From an uncultured virus (IMG/VR IMGVR_UViG_3300030333_002313) (taxonomy: Duplodnaviria > Heunggongvirae > Uroviricota > Caudoviricetes), in IMG/VR virus record IMGVR_UViG_3300030333_002313: a stretch of DNA of 62,563 bases; one strand, written 5' to 3'. The notes beneath the pieces were generated by a model, which saw nothing but the letters and a program-made list of their open reading frames with translations, was not told the DNA's origin and ran no database searches. Below are positions 55,369-62,563 of the stretch, one piece after another (the stretch's first letter is position 1; every line of letters begins with the position of its first letter). The translations under genes and the position numbers were made by a program.

Positions 55369-57453
55369 TTAGAAACAAGAATTAAATTCTGGAATCTCAA
55401 AGACTGTAGTTGGGTAATCAATAATATTTATTGAGGTTCCATCGAAGTTAATAGCGTTGAAATCGAACGGATCGAAGGTTGGAACGTTAGTTCCATCAAT
55501 TGTGTAGTCGATGGTTTGTACAGTTGGGTTAAAGATCGTAGGATCTAGACCTGTACCAATGTTTATATTGCCAGAAGCAGGGATAACTGTAACAGGAACC
55601 CTGTTAGTACCATCAGGGGTACTTGCAATGTCAACAGGTCCAACACAGACCTGTCCACTCTTATAATCAACGGTTCCTACATTCTTTTTAAGAGTAACTT
55701 CAGTCTCATCGACTTTAGTTACCATAATTAGATTTCCGTAACCGTCATCTCTTATATTTACAGGCAATAGTGCTGAAGTATCATTCGTAAGTAAACTTGT
55801 TGATGATATTTGATTAGCATTAGCACCACCCTGTATACTTAAAAGTCCCTCCGTATATCCTGTGGAATAGAAGGTACCTGTTTTCACTGAGGAATATTTT
55901 GGTACACAAGTCCCATCTCCAGCACCAGAGGAGTCTTTTGCTCCACCTGAAAGGTCATTGGGATTTGCGATTTCATTATTAAAGTCAATACACTGTGTAA
56001 ATGTTTGACCAAAATTGAAGTTCTCAATGTTCATACCCAAAGACATATGGGTAATGTTGCCACTGATCGAAGGATCAGAGGAATCTATCATCGATTGATA
56101 AGCACTGAGGTCAATGCGACCATTGAATCTAGTAGATTCTGCTTGAGAATTGTATTGATCGACAGCTCCCAGAACTTTAGACGCAACCTCATTATTTGAG
56201 AGTGTAGTTTTATTACCGTCAAAGAACGCCCAAGTTTTTGGTCTAATGTATAAGGTAATTGGATCGACAATAACAGGTTCGATTGCTGCAATCGAGTATT
56301 TAAGCAGATTATTCTTGATTCTTTTTTTGGTTGTTGTATTAAGTAGGGCACCTGATTTAGTTCTAATGGATATGTAGACTTTTCCGTAAATTGGTGGTGA
56401 TAAACGTTCTCCACCGTAAGCAGTAACGGATTTTGCCTGTGGGTATACCTTTTTGGTAATAAATTCGTAATCAGATTCAGTTACTGCTCTGTTCTGACTG
56501 TTAAACGCCCTAGGAGCGTTGAATTTAATACTTAGGGTAGATTCTACGTCTTCACCATCTTGAGCACCGTCTATGGTCACAAGAGAGATGTTAGACGAAG
56601 ATACGTGACGACCTTCTGAGTCTATCACACGACCGATGAAACTAAATTGCTTACATCCGTTAGCAGCAGTTCCTTCAGTACGTACATACTTTAATTTAAT
56701 GACTTCACCTGCAATTAATTGACGACAGATAACTCCATCACCAAAAACTACGTTATAACGTTGATCATCAGTCTCCTCAAGGAAATATCCACGAGTAGTA
56801 CCATCAACATCAACAATATTCTGAACCAAATTATATGTATCAATCTCTTCAGACTGTGCGTTGGGTGAAATAGAGACAGATAAAAGATCTGTATCCACCT
56901 GATCAGAAGGAATTAAGTAATCTCGCTTCTTAACATCATCAACAGTGTACTGATACGTTAAAGTATTACCTTGATTGATAACTACCTTGCTAAAAGTAGC
57001 AATTCCAGTACTTTGATCAACTGTTGCTTGTAAAGCCGATGGTAAAGTAAATGTATATCCTTGTCCACTTACAGCAGATACAAAAACATCACCAGCTTGT
57101 AAAGTTACTGTACCAGGATAGGTTGTACCAGATCCAACAGTTTCTGTTTGTACAGCAAATCGCACACAAGCTTTTGGTGCTTTAACTGATCTAGGTGTGT
57201 AATTTAATTGCTTTGCAATCTTTACAACATTATCTCTAATAGTTGCAGACTCAAGAAACGCCTCATTCATTGCCATATTAGCGTTGAATGCAGCGTAGTA
57301 TGTGTTATATGATAAAACGTCAAGCAAATATGATGCAGCAGACCCGTCAAAATCATAATCTGTGAACTCATCTCTAGTTCTCAGGTATGATCTAATAGAT
57401 TCACGTATCTCTGAAAAGTCTAAAGACGTTAAATTTGATGGTATTGCTGCCAT
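55369..57453 (-). CDS. g6: Baseplate wedge subunit gp6
   Basis: LDFSEI...FTDYDFDGS...LLDVLSYNTYY...NEAFLESA, VFGDGV and QNRAVTESDY motifs. Confidence 0.96.
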   Translation of the reverse strand: MAAIPSNLTSLDFSEIRESIRSYLRTRDEFTDYDFDGSAASYLLDVLSYNTYYAAFNANMAMNEAFLESATIRDNVVKIAKQLNYTPRSVKAPKACVRFAVQTETVGSGTTYPGTVTLQAGDVFVSAVSGQGYTFTLPSALQATVDQSTGIATFSKVVINQGNTLTYQYTVDDVKKRDYLIPSDQVDTDLLSVSISPNAQSEEIDTYNLVQNIVDVDGTTRGYFLEETDDQRYNVVFGDGVICRQLIAGEVIKLKYVRTEGTAANGCKQFSFIGRVIDSEGRHVSSSNISLVTIDGAQDGEDVESTLSIKFNAPRAFNSQNRAVTESDYEFITKKVYPQAKSVTAYGGERLSPPIYGKVYISIRTKSGALLNTTTKKRIKNNLLKYSIAAIEPVIVDPITLYIRPKTWAFFDGNKTTLSNNEVASKVLGAVDQYNSQAESTRFNGRIDLSAYQSMIDSSDPSISGNITHMSLGMNIENFNFGQTFTQCIDFNNEIANPNDLSGGAKDSSGAGDGTCVPKYSSVKTGTFYSTGYTEGLLSIQGGANANQISSTSLLTNDTSALLPVNIRDDGYGNLIMVTKVDETEVTLKKNVGTVDYKSGQVCVGPVDIASTPDGTNRVPVTVIPASGNINIGTGLDPTIFNPTVQTIDYTIDGTNVPTFDPFDFNAINFDGTSINIIDYPTTVFEIPEFNSCF

Positions 57454-57860
57454 TATGTTCTCTCCAACAAGAAGTCTACAGTTTGGGTAAGAGTTTCACC
57501 GATAATAGTGTAATCAACCTCAACTTCAAGATTATTGGTATCATCTACCTCTAACCTAACTTCATTAACAACAACACGTGGTTCAAATCGTGCTACTACG
57601 TTTAAGATCTCTTCTTTCAATTCCTCAGACATAAAGACATCGAAATTCTCGAAAAGCATCTGACGTAACCTTGATCCCTTAGTTGGTTGGAAAGGTCTCT
57701 CTCCAAACCCAGTCAGGACAAGGTTTTTGATGGACTGCTTAATGGCGTTCTCATTCTTAACCACAGAAAAATCCTCAGTATTGGGGTTGTTTTTCATCCC
57801 TATACTGAGGTCACGGAACTGTCTTGAAAGGTTCCTTTCTGCTTTAAACCGATACGCCAT
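57453..57860 (-). CDS. g25: Baseplate wedge subunit gp25
   Basis: AIKQSIKNLVLT..GERPFQP..GS.L...LFE and FEPRV motifs. Confidence 0.95.
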   Translation of the reverse strand: MAYRFKAERNLSRQFRDLSIGMKNNPNTEDFSVVKNENAIKQSIKNLVLTGFGERPFQPTKGSRLRQMLFENFDVFMSEELKEEILNVVARFEPRVVVNEVRLEVDDTNNLEVEVDYTIIGETLTQTVDFLLERT

Positions 57861-57887
57861 TTGGCGGTATTATTGTCTTAATAAGTC

Positions 57888-57894
57888 TATTTAG
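57888..57894 (-). promoter_or_regulatory. Late-promoter-like CTAAATA for g25-g6-g7
   Basis: Motif in the 34-nt gap upstream of g25. Confidence 0.6.
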
Positions 57895-58047
57895 TCACTT
57901 TCCTTGTCCTCGGTACTTCTTCTTCGCTTTATTGCGTGAAGATGCACTGTATTTTGTGTTCATACTAGACCCTTGACGAGTCTTTTTGGGTCTTGCTTCG
58001 ACAAGGTTCGTAGAACCCCAAGCACCTGTTTTGGTTTTAACTGCCAT
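57895..58047 (-). CDS. 50-aa highly basic protein (not in ORF track)
   Basis: MAVKTKTGAWGSTNLVEARPKKTRQGSSMNTKYSASSRNKAKKKYRGQGK fills the gap between the PAAR-like gene and g25. Confidence 0.85.
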   Translation of the reverse strand: MAVKTKTGAWGSTNLVEARPKKTRQGSSMNTKYSASSRNKAKKKYRGQGK

Positions 58048-58063
58048 AATACGTTTGCTGTTT

Positions 58064-58597
58064 CTATGATGCTAACACATTTGGACTGCCAAATGCAACC
58101 ACTGATGAACAAGGCCAACTTTTACCTGGTTTTCCATAACCAAGAGGATCCATAATACGTCCTATTGGGATCTTGAATGCTAGAACTTGCTTTGTAGTAG
58201 CATAAAGGAGTCTCCAGTGTCCTTTACCCATCATATCCTCAGTTGTAATAAGACTGCAAACAGTTGGTGTAGGAACAATACAAGTTGCTTTACCACAGGG
58301 ACAAAGATAATTGATAATATTGGTTGTTGGCGATAAATGTGGTATAAATTGATCACCAAAGATCATAATTGGTAAACCATTTACTAGAACCGTTGCCCTC
58401 TGAGGGTTTAGAGCAGTAAGTGGGGTAAGTGGCATAGGAGGCCACATACAAGTCTTCTCCTTAACAACTATAGGCAGTTGAATCGGTGGAGTACCGCAAG
58501 ACTGTGTACTATGTATTGTTGAAGGAATAGGCACACCGTGCCCTGAACAGGGTAACCCATTATGGTGTGCAACTGGTCGTAAGAGTCCTAATGCCAT
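58064..58597 (-). CDS. PAAR-like baseplate spike tip protein (gp5.4-like), extended
   Basis: CSGHG, TVLVNGLP, GD...H, GH, IGRIMDP and C.S.VAFGSPNVLA motifs. Upstream of g25. Confidence 0.8.
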   Translation of the reverse strand: MALGLLRPVAHHNGLPCSGHGVPIPSTIHSTQSCGTPPIQLPIVVKEKTCMWPPMPLTPLTALNPQRATVLVNGLPIMIFGDQFIPHLSPTTNIINYLCPCGKATCIVPTPTVCSLITTEDMMGKGHWRLLYATTKQVLAFKIPIGRIMDPLGYGKPGKSWPCSSVVAFGSPNVLAS

Positions 58598-61500
58598 TAT
58601 TGATCTTGATTAGTTAAGTCACATTCATCAAAATAGGGGTTACCCCATCTCTTAATAGAATCTTCTAATAAGTTTGTCGCTCCAGGCAAATAGTTTGCCC
58701 AGTGCATTTTGCCATTCCACGGTCCTAATTCTATGTATGGATTATCTTCTGAAGTTTTACCTGTATCAAATGCTACTGTAGAGTGCACAATGTTCTGTAG
58801 TGCAGCACATTGACCATATTCATTAAGGTTGCTGCTCTGTACCCACGTGGAGGGGTCAGAGAAAGGTTGTCCTGTACATATATCATCTGATGCCAATCCA
58901 TTACCATTCTCATCATATCCACTATATACGTCCAAAACACCATCAGCAACAAAGTTATGCCAACAAAGATCTGGGAATTTGTTGTTAGTACAGCTATCTA
59001 ACTGGATAGTATTGTATGTGTGAGTATATGTTTGACCGTTCATTGTGTCATATATGCTCACTGTACCACTTCCATACGCCGTATAGTTGTCAGGACCAAC
59101 CCAAGTAGCGAGTTTCTCGAGCTCTGTCCCATAGAAATCGAATGTAGTTTCATCACCAGCACTAGGAACGAACGTATAATTACCACCACCTGAACTAAAA
59201 CAACGTCCTTTTACCGTAGAACCACGTGTACAAGAGTGAGATTTATCATTTGGACCAGCAGGGCGTGGTCTAGTGTAAGAAGGTTTGGGTAAAGACTCCA
59301 ACCAATCTAAGAATCTCTGGTTAATTACCTCACCTTTTTGAGAAACATCACCTTCACACCACATTGATACACGTACTTGAGCGAATTCTTCCTTACTTCC
59401 GCAATATTTGTAAGGTAGATAACCATAAGTCTTCTCATCACCGTACTGATCATACGCAACATATGGACAAGGTATGTCAAAGAAACGCCTAACTTGATAA
59501 AAATTGGTCTGAAATGTCTCTAAACACTCTCCTCCAAACATTCCAGGCATTCCAGCAGCCATTTTACTCTCAACATACGCTGAATCTTCTATAGAATGTG
59601 ATACAGCATCAGAAATAAACGCATCATTTTGTCCCCAAGTAGCATCAGCATTCAAAATTTGACTTGAATATTCTTTAGGATCCATATATGTGCTTAAATT
59701 TGTCCAATCTTTACCTACACCTGGGTTTAAACACTTCACAGGTACTTGATCACAGAATTTTACCTTCTCATCAGCATTATAATCAGTCGCTTTAATGTAT
59801 CCAGACACATAATCTGTCTGAATAGGTGTGTTAAATTGTTTAAATGACTCTTTAGCGTACCCTAATCCTTCACCCCAAGCGTCATTTGCTTCTTTATTTG
59901 GTATATTTTCACCTTCAGTATCAGATTCTAGTGATCTAGAGAGCTGATCTTCAATACCTTTAGCACCTTCACCCACATATGTGTCTGAACGAGTCTTTCT
60001 ATCACGTTGTGCTACAGATATTTGTACTTCTTCGCCAGGTTGATAACCAGCACCTGGGTCAAGAATGGTTACTGTCTTGACACAACCTAATGCATCAATG
60101 GTAACTGTTGCTTCTGCTTGCTTAATAGTACCAGTATAACCTGCTTCAGTGATGTATTTTTGGTTTTTTACGTTACCTGCAACGTTTGCAGCGTCATAAC
60201 CTGCCATTTCAAAGTCATCATTAGTCTCATAACTGATTGCAATCTCTCCAGATACGTTATCTTCAAAGGTTTCTGGTATATGAGACGCAGTATCTGAGTA
60301 TCCTTCTTGTCTTGCAAGGTCAGGAATAGAAATAACCACCTGTGGATCGGTATAATCTCTACCACCATTGATAATTTCAATAGATCCTATCTGTCCTGCT
60401 TCATTAACTGTTGCTTCTAATATAGCCTCATCAAAGTCTCTTTTAGGTATCTTTGCTTCATTGTCAATTTCTACCTTATAATATGACAATTTCTTTGGAA
60501 ATTCATATACTCCAAAGAATGCTGCTTTGTCTTTTATGCCATATCCAGCTAAAATTGAAGCAACTGCACCATTTGCAGAGTTAAATGTCTGTTGATATTG
60601 GAAAGTATTGCCATTTTGACCTGCTATAGGTTGTAATCTCATATAACCACATCTTAATTCATCACCAAAATACCTTACATTTTGAATCAACCACCCATTT
60701 ATAGTCTCACCAATGGTATAGAACCCCTCTTCGTTCGTATATCGGAAGAATATCATCAAATCATCGGTTCCTACAGCCCAAAATGACTCTTGAAGACCAC
60801 TTCCAGCTGGTGCATCGACTGAAATATGTGTTTTTTGGGTTACCCACGCATCTTGACGCATCTCATAGTAATAAGAGTGGTAAGTTGTATGCGGGTCGTG
60901 AGGACAGTCAGCAGTAGACGGATTACAAGGTGCATCAGTAGTGATCAAATTGATGCCATATATGGGTCCAGAGAAGGGAAATACGGTATCATACAAATAA
61001 TACACGAATTGACCCTCAAAAGCGTCGTGAAAACCCAAAAATCGGGGTAAAGCTGCCTTTACAGCACCATTTTTGCCATAATACCACTCAAAATTGCCTT
61101 TTTCATCGATTAATTCGGCATTATCGGGGTTTCCCCAACCTAAAGTGCTTGCAGGGGGTGATTGTTCGTTATAATCTTGCTCTCCATAGCCTCCAGCTTC
61201 ATCCCATTCGTACCAAGTTGACCTATTTACCTCTCCAGTATTGATAGGTTTGCCTGATTCAACAACCTGCTTTTTCTTACGTGGTGCATTTCTAGAGAAC
61301 ACATACCCTAATATGCCTTGATACTTGTAATCCTGATCTAGTGGTAACTTACAGTTAGGGACACCAGGAATGTCCATTTCTAGGTTGTACTCATTCGCTG
61401 GGTCTGTGGTATAGAAGTCATCAGGGTTATCTAACCTCTTATAATGATACAGAGGTATTAGTGACTCATTAGGATGTGTTACACCTGCAGAAACAGCAGC

Positions 61501-62358
61501 GGCTGATGAAGTCCAAATGTATCCTAGACTAGCAACTGAGTTACCTGGGTCATTAAGAATACTTGTAGTAAGAGAAGCATTACAATCACTACCACTTCCA
61601 TCTTTAAAACAGATCTTAGTATTACCATCTTGTAAGGTAAACCCTGCAGCATTACCATTAGTAATAGTACAGTTGTATGTCTGACCACCTGTAATCGTAG
61701 CAGTCTGCGGAACTGCAGTACCAGTCCTTCCACTTTGGGTAAATGATATATCCAGACTAGGAATTGCATATGTTCCTAATGCAGTACCAGCAGTATTAGG
61801 ATTATCGTTCCAACTAAAGTTAAATGTAATTGTAGCAGTACCTGTTCCTGTACAGACTAGATTACCACTTGCATCAAATGTTGCTGCTACTGTACTAGCA
61901 CCACTAACTGTGGAGAAGTAACTATTAAAATTTACAGGGTCATATAATAAGAATAACTCCGAATTGCCACTATGACTTGACTCTGAAAGATAAAAAACCT
62001 CCCTCTTATTCCTAGGTTCTGCATTATAACGTCTAGGATTAAAAGGAACGCTATCAGGTAGTTCTTTTAAGTAATGCCAAGTATGATCTACTCTCCTACA
62101 AGAGAACCATCTCCATATAGGTCTTCTTTCCGCATCGCAGTTAGCAACGCAAGTCTCAACCTGTGTTCCGATATAATAAACTTCATCCTTTCCAAACTCA
62201 TAAGATCCAGGACCACTTCCTTCCACCTTAATCTGATACCCACCAGGACCGAACTGGGCAAATGCTTGATGGTCTTCAGTTGTATATGAACGGGAGTATT
62301 CGTGTGAATCTACGGGATTCTGATAACTACGTCCTGTCTCTATCAGGTAAGCTGGCAT
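58597..62358 (-). CDS. Large Cys-rich virion structural protein (1253 aa)
   Basis: N-terminal three-fold LYHY...DFYTT...Y.G.LGY repeats (DUF5648-like), GxGY modules and a Cys-rich C-terminus. Lies in the late structural operon. Confidence 0.75.
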   Translation of the reverse strand: MPAYLIETGRSYQNPVDSHEYSRSYTTEDHQAFAQFGPGGYQIKVEGSGPGSYEFGKDEVYYIGTQVETCVANCDAERRPIWRWFSCRRVDHTWHYLKELPDSVPFNPRRYNAEPRNKREVFYLSESSHSGNSELFLLYDPVNFNSYFSTVSGASTVAATFDASGNLVCTGTGTATITFNFSWNDNPNTAGTALGTYAIPSLDISFTQSGRTGTAVPQTATITGGQTYNCTITNGNAAGFTLQDGNTKICFKDGSGSDCNASLTTSILNDPGNSVASLGYIWTSSAAAVSAGVTHPNESLIPLYHYKRLDNPDDFYTTDPANEYNLEMDIPGVPNCKLPLDQDYKYQGILGYVFSRNAPRKKKQVVESGKPINTGEVNRSTWYEWDEAGGYGEQDYNEQSPPASTLGWGNPDNAELIDEKGNFEWYYGKNGAVKAALPRFLGFHDAFEGQFVYYLYDTVFPFSGPIYGINLITTDAPCNPSTADCPHDPHTTYHSYYYEMRQDAWVTQKTHISVDAPAGSGLQESFWAVGTDDLMIFFRYTNEEGFYTIGETINGWLIQNVRYFGDELRCGYMRLQPIAGQNGNTFQYQQTFNSANGAVASILAGYGIKDKAAFFGVYEFPKKLSYYKVEIDNEAKIPKRDFDEAILEATVNEAGQIGSIEIINGGRDYTDPQVVISIPDLARQEGYSDTASHIPETFEDNVSGEIAISYETNDDFEMAGYDAANVAGNVKNQKYITEAGYTGTIKQAEATVTIDALGCVKTVTILDPGAGYQPGEEVQISVAQRDRKTRSDTYVGEGAKGIEDQLSRSLESDTEGENIPNKEANDAWGEGLGYAKESFKQFNTPIQTDYVSGYIKATDYNADEKVKFCDQVPVKCLNPGVGKDWTNLSTYMDPKEYSSQILNADATWGQNDAFISDAVSHSIEDSAYVESKMAAGMPGMFGGECLETFQTNFYQVRRFFDIPCPYVAYDQYGDEKTYGYLPYKYCGSKEEFAQVRVSMWCEGDVSQKGEVINQRFLDWLESLPKPSYTRPRPAGPNDKSHSCTRGSTVKGRCFSSGGGNYTFVPSAGDETTFDFYGTELEKLATWVGPDNYTAYGSGTVSIYDTMNGQTYTHTYNTIQLDSCTNNKFPDLCWHNFVADGVLDVYSGYDENGNGLASDDICTGQPFSDPSTWVQSSNLNEYGQCAALQNIVHSTVAFDTGKTSEDNPYIELGPWNGKMHWANYLPGATNLLEDSIKRWGNPYFDECDLTNQDQ

Positions 62359-62563
62359 TTAGGTAATGTACCTCCAACTTATTTAGTCGGTCATATAGAT
62401 CGTCAAATACCTCTTTTAGGTTAGAATACTTGTCCTGACCAGGTATCTTATACTGTATCATCTCTGCTCCACGCTTTAAAAACGCTTCGTGAGATTGAGA
62501 CTTACTGGCAAGAGTCTTGATGGATTCGGCAATCCTCTCAAACCTCCATTCCAACTCGGCTTC
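62327..62563 (-). CDS. Hypothetical protein, probably 5'-truncated by window edge
   Basis: Frame is open to the edge (EAELEWRFERIAES...). Contains MIQYKIPG...LKEVFDDLYDRLNKLE and overlaps the start of the next gene. Confidence 0.7.
   Translation of the reverse strand, partial: EAELEWRFERIAESIKTLASKSQSHEAFLKRGAEMIQYKIPGQDKYSNLKEVFDDLYDRLNKLEVHYLNASLPDRDRT

Noticed and set aside
1393..62289. Numerous short antisense and alternate-frame ORFs in the ORF track (e.g. 2378-2872 +, 4901-5347 +, 10167-10601 +, 27423-27824 +)
   Set aside because: They lie entirely or almost entirely over well-supported genes, lack recognisable motifs, and are expected shadows of codon bias.
1..62563. tRNA/rRNA genes, integrase or transposase
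   Set aside because: Intergenic spaces are tiny, and no cloverleaf or recombinase motifs were recognised by eye. A tRNAscan/Rfam run would be needed to exclude them formally.

Overview
This window is the virion morphogenesis region of a T4-like marine cyanophage (cyanomyovirus). Its AT-rich composition, plastocyanin gene and small host-like membrane proteins suggest a Prochlorococcus/Synechococcus host (inference). Almost everything is on the minus strand. In transcription order: hypothetical, 1253-aa structural protein, PAAR-like spike tip, 50-aa basic protein, gp25, gp6, a giant 8596-aa gp7-like baseplate protein, YHYH protein, gp9-like protein, 627-aa structural protein, gp8, VrlC/DUF4815-like protein, two small ORFs, 2075-aa tail fibre, gp13, gp14, gp15, gp16, a variable island of small genes (including petE and an SNase-like nuclease), gp17 and the start of gp18. 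T4-type late promoter motifs (TAAATA core) precede many genes. The standout observation is inside the giant gp7. It holds 21 copies of a ~105-aa Cys/His/Asp-conserved domain arranged not in tandem but as a bracket-balanced tree of domains inserted within domains, up to 9 deep. This tree is itself inserted into three nested helical repeats. Other points: amicyanin-like copper motifs on putative virion proteins, a lone plus-strand 4-Cys peptide behind two NtcA-type boxes, several small ORFs missed by the ORF track, and a 10-N assembly gap in gp13. All family assignments come from motif recognition and synteny, not database searches.
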